Shown here piece after piece: positions 15,675-25,179 of a DNA stretch of 45,246 bases (positions are counted from its first letter, which is position 1; each line of letters starts with the position of its first letter). The stretch covers positions 1-45,246 of the forward strand of contig CAMOYG010000001.1 in NCBI GenBank assembly GCA_946629655.1, written 5' to 3'. The notes under the pieces were generated by a model. The model did no database searches and had not been told where the DNA came from. It saw only the letters and a list, made by a program, of their open reading frames with translations. This DNA comes from an uncultured Lachnoclostridium sp. (GTDB lineage Bacteria > Bacillota > Clostridia > Lachnospirales > Lachnospiraceae). The translations under genes were made by a program, and so were the position numbers.

Positions 15675-18548
15675 TTAATCGCCGTTGATGCGTTCATTGG
15701 AGGCATCCAGAGCGCCGGAGGTCATAACCTCGGCAAGGGATGTATATCCGTAATAGAGATTATATATGTGCTTCGCGGCCATGGCGGCATTCGATGAAGA
15801 ATAACCGTTCGGAATACTTACCGTCACCGCCACCTCCGGGTTTTCAAAGGGGGCAAAGGAGATAAAGAACGCGTGGTTTCCGCGCTTCTCCGACTCCTGG
15901 GCCGTACCGGTCTTGCCGGCAATATGAACCGGAAGATCGCTGAAAATCTTGTTGACGGAGCTGTTCTCTACCACGGCCCGCATGCCGGACGTAACTGCAT
16001 TCCAGGTACTGTCCGAGATGTTCAGGGATGCACTGATATTGGGCGTAAAATCCTGTACCAGATTTCCGCGGGAGTCCGTCTCCTTGTCCACCAGGCTCAG
16101 GTCAAAGACGGTTCCCCTGTTTGCCAGTGCCGTCACGTATCTTGCCAGCTGGATGTTTGCAAACTGGTGGGTGCCCTGTCCCATGCAGGAACGCTCCGGG
16201 TCACTGTCGGAAATATGGGGGGAGGCCTCAAAAATCTCGATTCCCGAGGTTCGGTCCAGTCCGAACATGGTGGCGTATTTCCGGATGGTCGTCAGGCCCT
16301 TATTGGTATTGTAGCTGCCGTCCGATTCCTGGGAGAGCCGGTGTCCCAGCTCAGAAAAATAATAGTTGCAGGAATTCTCGATGGCGCCGATGACATTCAG
16401 AGCTGAATGGAATCCCGGGTAAATCCAGCACTTGATCGGTACGGTGACCTCTTCATAGATGCCGGTACAGTCGATGCGGTCGTACACATCCACCACCTGC
16501 TCCTCCAGGCCGGCGATGGCCGCGATGGGCTTGAAGGTGGAACCGGGAGCCTTCAGGGTCTGGGTGGCGTTGTTACGGAGCGGCAGGGACAGATCCGCAT
16601 TCAGCTGCGCGAAGTAGACCGGGTCGTCGATCCGGCCGTTGTCATAGCTGGGGTAGGTGACCAGCGCCACCACCTCGCCGGTGCGGACATTGGTCACGGT
16701 GCAGCTGGCCGTACAGGGATCGAGGGCCAGCTGGGCCGGCGTCAGCTCGATGGTGCGGATCTTTTCCATCAGCACCGCAAACGCCGTGTTTTCATCGCCG
16801 GAACGGAGTCTCGCCACGGTTTCGGGATCCTCCGGGAGACCGCCCTGCTCATAGAGGGCAAGAAGGAGCTCACGGCCCGTCACCGTATTGCTGTTGATGA
16901 GGTAGCGGTAAATGCGCTTGGTAAATTCCGTATCCGATGCCAGCGAGCGGCTCACATAGGCCGAAAGGGCTAAGAACACATCGTCCGCATCGGAATACTT
17001 GCTGGTGATGTCCAGCTTTGTCGTGTCAATCCAGCTGGCGGAGATACCGTAGTAGAGGTAATCCCGGAGACTGATGTTGCCGTCCTTCCAGGCATTGTAT
17101 TCTGCGCTTCCGGTATCGATGGCGCTCTTCTGGATGATGCCCACATTATCCCTGGAAAGGAAGGAATAGATATAGTTCATGTAGGCCTGCATATCCTCCG
17201 GCAGCTGGTTCATGGGCAGAGGATTGTCTCCCGTCAGCTGCTCGGTGATGGCGTTGTCGATGCGGACGCGGGCGCTGCGGTACTTTTCCGCGATGGCCGC
17301 CTCAACGGGACTGGCCTCGGAACCGTTCAGATGGTCCAGAGAGACCACGTTATTATTGACCAGCTGGAAATAGGCATCCTTTACCGGAATCTTCAGCTTG
17401 GAGGAGTCGATATACTCGATGGTATCCGCCTCCTGGTTCACGATGGTTCCCAGAAGAACACCGGCCAGCTGTCTCTCCAGAATATAATAGATGCCCTTCT
17501 GCAGGTTCAGATCCAGGGTCAGGTAGATATCATCGCCGGCCGCGGCTTCATGGCTGTCGGTGATATCCAGAATACGTCCTTTGTTGTCGACATAGGCGGT
17601 CTGGGAGCCCTTCCGGCCCTTCAGCACCAGCTCCATGGAAGACTCGATGCCCGTTCTTCCCACGATATCATTAATCTCATAGTCCGGATTGGTCTTCTGC
17701 AGCTCTTCGAGACGCTCGGCCGTGATCTTGCCGGTGTAGCCGATGATCGGTGCAAAGTAGACAGACTCGTAGTAGACGCGGCTGGTGGATTCATCCACAT
17801 TGACGCCGGCGATGTCTGCCTCATGCTCGAGAATATCCGCCACCGTCTCATCATCCACATTCCGGGCGATGGTCGTGGATTCATACTTCTGGAATTCGGT
17901 AAACCGCATGGTATAGCGGATATCCAGCATCTGCAGCGCGGTCCGCTTATCCAGAGAAACGGGACTTCCGTCCCGGTCTGTGGTCCGCTCCAGATGATAG
18001 TCATTATAAAGCCGTGTAAAAAGCTCTTCTGCCGTGATATCGGAAGGATATTTCCCGGCCTCGTCATCCAGCTCGCTGACATTCTTCAGGCCGTAATAGT
18101 CGCGCAGAAAACGCTTTCTGGCATCCGCGGACTCACAGGTATAAACCACATTGCCCAGGTCATCCAGTCCCAGTTCCAGACTGCAGGAGGCCTGCGTATT
18201 ATGCCGCTCCAGAATCCGGATGAGCCGGAACAGCATGCTGTTGATCTCCGCATCTCCCCGGTAGGCGCCCACATCCTGGATGGATATGTTGTAGGCCAGA
18301 CGGTTGCCGGCCAGGATATTGCCGTTGCGGTCGTAGATATTGCCACGGGTGCCCGAGGTACGGATCACCTTTTCCGCCATCGACACATAATCTTCCTGGT
18401 ACTTCTCTCCTTCCAGAATCTGGAGGCGGAACAGACGCACGACCAGGATGGAAAACATACCAAAAAAAATCACCGCGAGAAGAAACAGCCGCGATGTGAT
18501 CAGTCTCTTCGCCAGATCCGTGATATATTCCCTGAAATCTTCAAACAC
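15675..18548 (-). CDS. mrdA: Class B penicillin-binding protein 2 (957 aa)
   Basis: TM anchor, RGNIYDRNG, GRTGIE and LTLDLNLQ, then transpeptidase motifs PGSTFK, SCN and KTGTAQ. GTG start; follows mreD. Confidence 0.9.
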   Translation of the reverse strand: MFEDFREYITDLAKRLITSRLFLLAVIFFGMFSILVVRLFRLQILEGEKYQEDYVSMAEKVIRTSGTRGNIYDRNGNILAGNRLAYNISIQDVGAYRGDAEINSMLFRLIRILERHNTQASCSLELGLDDLGNVVYTCESADARKRFLRDYYGLKNVSELDDEAGKYPSDITAEELFTRLYNDYHLERTTDRDGSPVSLDKRTALQMLDIRYTMRFTEFQKYESTTIARNVDDETVADILEHEADIAGVNVDESTSRVYYESVYFAPIIGYTGKITAERLEELQKTNPDYEINDIVGRTGIESSMELVLKGRKGSQTAYVDNKGRILDITDSHEAAAGDDIYLTLDLNLQKGIYYILERQLAGVLLGTIVNQEADTIEYIDSSKLKIPVKDAYFQLVNNNVVSLDHLNGSEASPVEAAIAEKYRSARVRIDNAITEQLTGDNPLPMNQLPEDMQAYMNYIYSFLSRDNVGIIQKSAIDTGSAEYNAWKDGNISLRDYLYYGISASWIDTTKLDITSKYSDADDVFLALSAYVSRSLASDTEFTKRIYRYLINSNTVTGRELLLALYEQGGLPEDPETVARLRSGDENTAFAVLMEKIRTIELTPAQLALDPCTASCTVTNVRTGEVVALVTYPSYDNGRIDDPVYFAQLNADLSLPLRNNATQTLKAPGSTFKPIAAIAGLEEQVVDVYDRIDCTGIYEEVTVPIKCWIYPGFHSALNVIGAIENSCNYYFSELGHRLSQESDGSYNTNKGLTTIRKYATMFGLDRTSGIEIFEASPHISDSDPERSCMGQGTHQFANIQLARYVTALANRGTVFDLSLVDKETDSRGNLVQDFTPNISASLNISDSTWNAVTSGMRAVVENSSVNKIFSDLPVHIAGKTGTAQESEKRGNHAFFISFAPFENPEVAVTVSIPNGYSSSNAAMAAKHIYNLYYGYTSLAEVMTSGALDASNERINGD

Positions 18549-18565
18549 GGACAGTGCGCTCCTTT

Positions 18566-19105
18566 CTAGTGATTTTTCCGGAATCCCCCAAAGATATGGG
18601 GAAGCTCCGGTGAGAAGTTCCTGACGGCATTATTCACCGCAAGAAGCAGCCGGTAGATGAACAGGGTTACCACGGTGGTAAAAATCATCTCCGGCAGCAT
18701 GATTTTGAGAAAATAGTATCCGAAATCCAGCTTCCCGTGGATCAGGAACCGGAAAACGAATATGTAGAGATTGTAGAATAACTCATTCAGGATGCTCAGC
18801 GTGAGGGGCAGCGTGATGTACTCCTCGTAGTAATAGCGCTGGAAACAGCCGTTGATATACCCCATGTTGATGAAAAAGAGGGTATAGAAACCAAAGGGTC
18901 CGCTGTAGAACAAATCCAGCAGAAGACCCGCGACGAGGCCGTACAGAATGCCGCATTCTCTCCCGTCGATGAAGGAACAGATGGAAACCACAATCAGCAG
19001 AAGATTCGGCCAGCATGCCACGACATCAATGATGGGAAATACACACACCTGCAGGGTAAATGCGAGAATGATAATTATGATATTCAGGAAAATCCGTCGA
19101 ATCAT
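18566..19105 (-). CDS. mreD: Rod shape-determining protein MreD
   Basis: Very hydrophobic 179-aa protein with PNLLLI and GLLLDL. Coupled to mreC by an ATGA overlap. Confidence 0.9.
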   Translation of the reverse strand: MIRRIFLNIIIIILAFTLQVCVFPIIDVVACWPNLLLIVVSICSFIDGRECGILYGLVAGLLLDLFYSGPFGFYTLFFINMGYINGCFQRYYYEEYITLPLTLSILNELFYNLYIFVFRFLIHGKLDFGYYFLKIMLPEMIFTTVVTLFIYRLLLAVNNAVRNFSPELPHIFGGFRKNH

Positions 19106-20031
19106 TCCTCTGTCTCTTCGCTCTCCTCTTCTTCCGACTCAGTCTCTATCTCATCCGGGGTATCGTTATGATCCTCCGGGGCTTCCTCCGCCGCTTCATC
19201 GCCGATCTGAAGCTCATTCTTCAGCTGGGTGATGACCAGCACTTCCTGCAGTCCCTCGAAGGTACCGGCAGGAATCAGGGCACCGGACTTCGTGATATTA
19301 TTCGCGTCCGTAACCACATTCTCCGCGTATCCGATGAGAATACCGGGAAGGTACACCTCACTGATGTTGGAGGTGACGATTCGGTCGCCCGATTCAATAT
19401 CCGATTCCTTCCGGATGTGGTCAAGGCCGAGACGGCCCTGCTCATAGAGCTCCATATCGCCGGCGACATTGCAGATGTCACCGGTGCGCTGGGACATGCC
19501 GCTGACATTGCTGCTGTCATCGATGATTGTACGTACCGTCGCGTAGTTTAATCCCACGTCGGTGACAATGCCGATCAGTCCGCCGTTTACCATTACGTTC
19601 ATGTCCGGACGGATACCGTCCTTCGTACCCTTGTCAATGCGGAAAATGCGGAACCAGTTGCCGGAATCCCGGGCAATAACACGGGCGGCCACCTTCGGAT
19701 ACTGAAGATATTCCTGGTCCAGCTCGTAAAGCTCCCGCAGCCGTGCCAGCTCATAGACCTCGGAGGAGAGTCTGGTATTCTCTTCCGTCAGTGCGCCGAC
19801 ACGCTCCGTGAGCCGCCTGTTTTCTTCCTGAACCCGGCGGAGCTCCGCCAGATCATGCGCATGGTGATAGATCCCCCCTCCCAGCGCGTTCACGCCCCGC
19901 TCCATCGGCACAAGAAAGATTCCCGCGCCGTTTCTGAGCGGGGCCAGAAAACCGCTGTTGAAGGAAGTGATACCAATAAGCAATATGCAGAATACCGAAA
20001 GAACCGTCACGATAATCCTGCTTCTCTTCAT
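19102..20031 (-). CDS. mreC: Rod shape-determining protein MreC
   Basis: TM helix, coiled coil (ENRRL), ARVIARD, IDKGTKDGI, GLIGIV and GDRIVTS...PGILIG; acidic tail. Confidence 0.93.
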   Translation of the reverse strand: MKRSRIIVTVLSVFCILLIGITSFNSGFLAPLRNGAGIFLVPMERGVNALGGGIYHHAHDLAELRRVQEENRRLTERVGALTEENTRLSSEVYELARLRELYELDQEYLQYPKVAARVIARDSGNWFRIFRIDKGTKDGIRPDMNVMVNGGLIGIVTDVGLNYATVRTIIDDSSNVSGMSQRTGDICNVAGDMELYEQGRLGLDHIRKESDIESGDRIVTSNISEVYLPGILIGYAENVVTDANNITKSGALIPAGTFEGLQEVLVITQLKNELQIGDEAAEEAPEDHNDTPDEIETESEEEESEETEE

Positions 20032-20732
20032 TGAATCAATCCTCGTTCTTTAAAACTGTAATATGTCTGATCCCCGATAATCAGGTGATCCATCAGGCAG
20101 AGGTCCAGCAGTTTGGCGCCCTCCTGCACCTGTTCGGTCAGCGCCACATCATCCTCACTGGGTTCGGGATCCCCGCTGGGGTGATTGTGGACCAGTACGA
20201 TGCTCACTGCGCCGCCCTTCAGCGCCTCGCGGAAAATCTCCCGGGTAGACGCGATAGAACTGCTGACGGTACCCCGAAACAGTGTCAGGTCCCGCAGAAG
20301 CATGCATCGGCCATTTAAGAGCATCAGATGGAGCTCTTCCTGCTCCAGATGACGCATGCTCTCCATGTAATAACCGGAAATCCGGTCCGGACGGTCAAAG
20401 GTCTGTTCCCGCACGTTGATGAGGGACCGCCAGATTCGCTTGGAGATCTCCGCCGCGCAGAGCATCTCGATGCCTTTGACCCGGCCCACGCCGCGAAGCT
20501 GCATGAGCTGCGGCAGGGAATAATGCAGAAGTCCCGGAAGGCCCGGAGGCTGTCCGTTTGCAAGGATCCGCTGCGCCAGTTCCACGGAGGATTCTCCGCG
20601 GCTTCCGGTGCGAAGAAGCACCGCAAGAAGTTCTGCGTCGGTCAGGGCTTCCGGACCGTGGCCCGCGCACTTCTCATAGGGCCGAAGCTGGGCGAAAGAT
20701 TCCTCTGTTTCTCTCTTATGTCGTCGTTTCAT
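20028..20732 (-). CDS. radC: RadC family JAB-domain protein
   Basis: RPYEK, LTDAELLAVLLRTG, HhH GVGRVK, HNHPSGDPEPSEDD and DHLIIG motifs. Confidence 0.95.
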   Translation of the reverse strand: MKRRHKRETEESFAQLRPYEKCAGHGPEALTDAELLAVLLRTGSRGESSVELAQRILANGQPPGLPGLLHYSLPQLMQLRGVGRVKGIEMLCAAEISKRIWRSLINVREQTFDRPDRISGYYMESMRHLEQEELHLMLLNGRCMLLRDLTLFRGTVSSSIASTREIFREALKGGAVSIVLVHNHPSGDPEPSEDDVALTEQVQEGAKLLDLCLMDHLIIGDQTYYSFKERGLIQ

Positions 20733-20839
20733 TCATCCCTCCTGTCCGGACTCTCCAAGTACTTAAGGCGGGATGCTGCAGATGCCTGCAGTCTGTATTA
20801 TTTTACCATAGGAACGATTTTTCGTTTATAAAAGTTTTA

Positions 20840-22120
20840 TTACAATACGAGAACGCCCTTATCCACCAGGCGCTGCAGGGCCATCAGGATGCCGAACTTC
20901 GCGTGATACCAGGTCAGTCCGCCCTGGAAGAACACGGAATAGGGGGGCTTGATGGGGCCGTCAGCGGAGAGCTCGATGGAGGAACCCTGGATAAATGCAC
21001 CCGCCGCCATAATCACATCGGAATCATATCCGGGCATGGCCCAGGGCTCCGGGGTGACAAAGCTGTCCACGGGTGCGGCTGCCTGAATGCCCTCGCAGAA
21101 GGCGATGACGCCTTCCGGCTTTCCGAAGGTGACGGCCTGGATAATGTCATGGCGCTCTTCTTTTCCGGAGGGATAGACCTCGAGGCCCAGGCCCTCAAAG
21201 ACATTGGCCGCAAAGATGGCGCCCTTCAGGGCACCGCCGGTGACGGATGGCGCAAGGAACAGTCCCTGGAAGAAGGCACTGTTTACACTGAGGGTTGCGC
21301 CCACTTCCCGGCCCAGTCCCGGGGAACCCAGACGGTAGGCTGCATTCTCAATGCAGTCAGCCCGGCCGGCGATGTATCCGCCGATGGGGGCAAGGCCGCC
21401 TCCCGGGTTCTTGATGAGGGAGCCGACAACCATATCCGCGCCCACCTGGGAGGGTTCGATGCGTTCCACGAACTCACCGTAGCAGTTGTCCACCATGCAG
21501 ATGACATCCGGCTTCTTTGATTTCACAAAGGATATCAGCTCGCCGATCCGGGCAACCGAGAGGGTCGGTCTTGTGGCATATCCCTTGGATCGCTGAATGG
21601 TAACCAGTTTTGTCTTTTCATTGATGGCTGCGGCGATGGCGTCATAGTCAAATTCCCCGTCGGGAAGAAGGTCGGCCTGGCGGTAGGTAATACCGTATTC
21701 GGCAAGCGATCCGTTGGATTTGCGGATACCGATCACCTCCTCCAGCGTGTCATAGGGCTTTCCCACCGGGGACATGACCTCGTCGCCGGGCCGGAGATTC
21801 CCGGCCAGAGCCGTATAGAGGGCGTGGGTGCCGCAGGTAATCTGCGGACGGACCAGTGCGTCTGCGGTGCCGAACACATCGGCATAAACCTTTTCCAGGG
21901 TCTCCCTGCCCAGGTCGTTGTAGCCGTATCCGGTGGTGCCGGAGAGGTGAACGTCGCTCACCCGGTTTTTCTGCATAGCAGAGATTACCTTCAGCTGGTT
22001 GTACTCGGTGGTCGCATCGATGGCGCGGAACCGATCCGTGAGACTTTCTTCTACCTGATTTCCGTAAGAAAGCACCCTGTCGCTGATTCCCAGGGTGCGG
22101 TACATTTCCGTAAGTTCCAT
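20840..22120 (-). CDS. Methionine gamma-lyase-like / aluminium resistance family PLP protein (YnbB-like)
   Basis: TGYGYNDLGR, GTHAL, QRSKGY, DNCYGEF, GSLIKNPGGG and GSSIELSADGP motifs. Sits after miaA, its usual position. Confidence 0.9.
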   Translation of the reverse strand: MELTEMYRTLGISDRVLSYGNQVEESLTDRFRAIDATTEYNQLKVISAMQKNRVSDVHLSGTTGYGYNDLGRETLEKVYADVFGTADALVRPQITCGTHALYTALAGNLRPGDEVMSPVGKPYDTLEEVIGIRKSNGSLAEYGITYRQADLLPDGEFDYDAIAAAINEKTKLVTIQRSKGYATRPTLSVARIGELISFVKSKKPDVICMVDNCYGEFVERIEPSQVGADMVVGSLIKNPGGGLAPIGGYIAGRADCIENAAYRLGSPGLGREVGATLSVNSAFFQGLFLAPSVTGGALKGAIFAANVFEGLGLEVYPSGKEERHDIIQAVTFGKPEGVIAFCEGIQAAAPVDSFVTPEPWAMPGYDSDVIMAAGAFIQGSSIELSADGPIKPPYSVFFQGGLTWYHAKFGILMALQRLVDKGVLVL

Positions 22121-22139
22121 TGTTTCCGCAGTTTCCTTT

Positions 22140-23102
22140 CTAATCTGTCATTCCGGCAGCCTTCATATCCATCTGAATTCTCCGGAGTATTTCATCCTGT
22201 GTATTCTTGTCCGCCTCAATCCAGCGCACGTCTCTCTCCCGTCTGAACCAGGTCAGCTGGCGCTTGGCGAAATGCCGCGTATTCTGCTTGATGGCATCCA
22301 CCGCATCCGGAAGCGACGTGCCGTTCTCCAGGCAGCTTAAGAGCTCCTTATAGCCCAGACCCTGCATGGAGGTCATGTCGGGCCTGCAGCCCAGCGCGCG
22401 CAGCTCTTCCATCTCCCCAAGGAATCCATCCTCCATCATCCGGTCGACCCGGCGGTTGATCCGGTCATAGAGAAGGGCTCTATCCATGGTGAGCACATAG
22501 TACAGGAAGTTATAGGGAGATTCCTTCTGCCGCTCGGAGGCATTGTGCTCGGAGATCCGTTTTCCGGAGGACCGGTGAAATTCGAGGGCCCGGATCATCC
22601 GCTTGACATTGTTCTCATGGATGGCCGCCGCGGAGGCAGGATCCACCTCCTTAAGCATCCGGTGCAGCGCCTGAGGTCCCTCGCGGAGGGCAAGGGCTGC
22701 CAGCTCATCCCGGTATCCGCTGTCCTCCTCCGTTACGGTAAAGTCGATATCATAGAGCAGGGCCTGAATATAAAATCCGGTGCCTCCTGCCAGAATGGGG
22801 ATATGCCCGTGGGAAAGGATGGTCTCCATGGCCTCTTTCGCCATCTTCTGAAACACCACCACATTAAATTCGTCGGTGGGTTCCAGCACGTCGATGAGGT
22901 AATGGGGAATTCCCTGGCGCTCCTCTTCGGTAACCTTGGCAGAGCCGATATCCATATGGCGGTAAACCTGCATGGAATCCGCACTGATGACCTCTCCGCC
23001 GATGGCCTGGGCAAGCCGGACGGACAGGGAGGTTTTGCCGGAAGCGGTCGGCCCGGCGATAATAATCAGGGGTTTTCTGGTAATCTTATTCTCTTCCGGC
23101 AT
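22140..23102 (-). CDS. miaA: tRNA dimethylallyltransferase
   Basis: GPTASGKT, SADSMQVY, GGTGFY and FAKRQLTWFR motifs. ATG 23102 chosen because AAAGGA lies 9 nt upstream. Confidence 0.95.
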   Translation of the reverse strand: MPEENKITRKPLIIIAGPTASGKTSLSVRLAQAIGGEVISADSMQVYRHMDIGSAKVTEEERQGIPHYLIDVLEPTDEFNVVVFQKMAKEAMETILSHGHIPILAGGTGFYIQALLYDIDFTVTEEDSGYRDELAALALREGPQALHRMLKEVDPASAAAIHENNVKRMIRALEFHRSSGKRISEHNASERQKESPYNFLYYVLTMDRALLYDRINRRVDRMMEDGFLGEMEELRALGCRPDMTSMQGLGYKELLSCLENGTSLPDAVDAIKQNTRHFAKRQLTWFRRERDVRWIEADKNTQDEILRRIQMDMKAAGMTD

Positions 23103-23103
23103 G

Positions 23104-25176
23104 TCATACAATCCTTTTAAACTTCTTTTCCAGCTCCGTGCGGCTCATGGAAATGATGGTGGGACGCCCGTGGGGGCACGCGTAGGGATTGTCCAGGGTC
23201 AGCAGCTCGTCGATCAGTTCTTCCGCCTCTTTCACCGAGAGCCGGTTATTTCCCTTGACGGCGGCCTTGCAGGACATGGTGGCAATCCGGTGGTTCAGGG
23301 TTTCGCCGGTCACCATGCCGCTCTCGGCTGTCAGGCTGTCCAGAATCTCCAGGAACAGTTCCCCCTTGTCGACAGAGAACAGGTTGTCCGGCACGGCCCG
23401 GAGGGCAAAATCATTGCCCCCGAAGGGTTCCGCCTCGAATCCGAGATGCCGGAATTCTTCCCCGTACTTCTGAAGCATCAACTGTTCTTCCCCGGTCAGG
23501 GTCACAACCGCCGGCGGATTGAGCATCTGGGAGGTATAGCTCCGGTCCCGGAGGGACTTTATGGTCCGCTCATACAGGACTTTCTCATGGGCTGCATGCT
23601 GGTCGATAATATACAGATTTTCGCCGAACTCCACCAGCCAGTAGGTGGAAAACAGCTGTCCGATGATCCGGTGATGCTTCCGGGCCTCCGGGGTCAGCAG
23701 CTTTTCCGTGAACATGGTCATCTGTTCCGGCTTTTTGTCCGTCACATAGGGAAGCCGCTGTTCCGAAATCCGGGACGGCGTAACCGAAGCAGGTGATGGC
23801 ACAGGTCTAAGCGCAGGCGCTTCCGAAGCTGCCGTCGGCATGGCGGTTTCCTTCGGAATATCTGCCGGCGCTGCGTTCTCCGGTACAGTGGTTTCGACTG
23901 CTTTATCGGCCGGCGCAGTGGATTCTGTCGAAACAGCCGCAGGCATCGCAGGTTCTGCGGAGGCTGCGGGTTTTACCGCAGTTTTGGCATCTTCCGCTGT
24001 ATCAGCCGCAATATGCACCTGACCTGCAGTCTTAACGGCAGGCATCGGTGCCGCAGGCGCCGGGAAGGCGTCGCGGAATCTTACTGCCCGCAGTCCGGCG
24101 GGTGCAGCGGGTGCTCCCGCTCTGTCCGTTGCCGGTTCCTGCGCTTTCCGATCGCTCTCCTTCTCAAGGTCCACCTCCGGAATCAGCTCCTGTCCGGAGA
24201 GAAGGACGGATATGGTGTGGTAGACCGTGCGGTACACCGTCTCATCATTGCGGAACCGAAGCTCCAGCTTGGACGGATGGACGTTTACGTCAATAAAGGA
24301 CGGGTCCACCGTGAAGGAAAGCATGGTAAAGGGATACTTATGCTGCATCATGAATGGCTTGTAGGCATCCTCGACGGCCTTTCCGATGAGGCCGTTGCGG
24401 ATATACCGCCCGTTGATGAAATAAACCTCAAAGCTGCGGTTGCTCCGGGCAATGACCGGCTTTCCGATAAAGCCTCCCACAGTGATCGGGTCCGCGCCGC
24501 CTGCGACGGGAACCAGGTTCTGGGCAATCTCCCGCCCGTAGACGGCGTAGATAATGTCCTTCAGATTTCCGTTGCCGGAGGTAAAGAGCTTTGTCTGGTT
24601 ATTCTGAATAAAGCGGAAGGAGATTTCCGGATGGGACAGGGCAATCTTTTCCACCAGGCCCGCCACATGGGAGGCCTCCGTGGCCGGCGTCTTCAGGAAC
24701 TTCCGCCGTGCCGGCGTATTAAAGAACAGGTCCCGTACCAGGAAGGTTGTGCCCTCCGGGGCGCCGACCTCCTCGAGGCCGACTTCCTTTCCGCCTTCGA
24801 TGCGGTAGCGGCTTCCGGAGATACTTCCCGGCGTGCGGGTAATCAGCTCCACCTTCGCAACGGCCGCAATGCTGGAAAGGGCCTCACCGCGGAATCCCAG
24901 GGAAGCGATGGTCACCAGGTCCGCCGCGTCACGGATTTTGCTGGTGGCGTGGCTCAGGAATGCGGTGGGAATCTGCTCCGGCTCGATTCCGCATCCGTTA
25001 TCGGTGATGCGGATGACGGAAAGGCCCCCGTCCCGGATCTCCACCGTGACGGCCGTCGCTTTCGCGTCGATGGCATTTTCCAGGAGCTCCTTTACCACGG
25101 AAGCCGGTCTCTCGATAACCTCTCCCGCTGCAATCTGATTGATTGTATCCTGGTCAAGCACATGAATTTCGGGCAC
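23104..25176 (-). CDS. mutL: DNA mismatch repair protein MutL
   Basis: IAAGEVIERPASVVKELLENAID, LGFRGEAL, and endonuclease motifs DQHAAHE, SCK and CPHGRP; GTG start. Confidence 0.97.
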   Translation of the reverse strand: MPEIHVLDQDTINQIAAGEVIERPASVVKELLENAIDAKATAVTVEIRDGGLSVIRITDNGCGIEPEQIPTAFLSHATSKIRDAADLVTIASLGFRGEALSSIAAVAKVELITRTPGSISGSRYRIEGGKEVGLEEVGAPEGTTFLVRDLFFNTPARRKFLKTPATEASHVAGLVEKIALSHPEISFRFIQNNQTKLFTSGNGNLKDIIYAVYGREIAQNLVPVAGGADPITVGGFIGKPVIARSNRSFEVYFINGRYIRNGLIGKAVEDAYKPFMMQHKYPFTMLSFTVDPSFIDVNVHPSKLELRFRNDETVYRTVYHTISVLLSGQELIPEVDLEKESDRKAQEPATDRAGAPAAPAGLRAVRFRDAFPAPAAPMPAVKTAGQVHIAADTAEDAKTAVKPAASAEPAMPAAVSTESTAPADKAVETTVPENAAPADIPKETAMPTAASEAPALRPVPSPASVTPSRISEQRLPYVTDKKPEQMTMFTEKLLTPEARKHHRIIGQLFSTYWLVEFGENLYIIDQHAAHEKVLYERTIKSLRDRSYTSQMLNPPAVVTLTGEEQLMLQKYGEEFRHLGFEAEPFGGNDFALRAVPDNLFSVDKGELFLEILDSLTAESGMVTGETLNHRIATMSCKAAVKGNNRLSVKEAEELIDELLTLDNPYACPHGRPTIISMSRTELEKKFKRIV

Positions 25177-25179
25177 GTC

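Noticed and set aside
20028-20732. radC as a marker of a mobile or anti-restriction element
   Set aside because: This is the full-length chromosomal form with the N-terminal HhH region, in its usual position before the mre genes.
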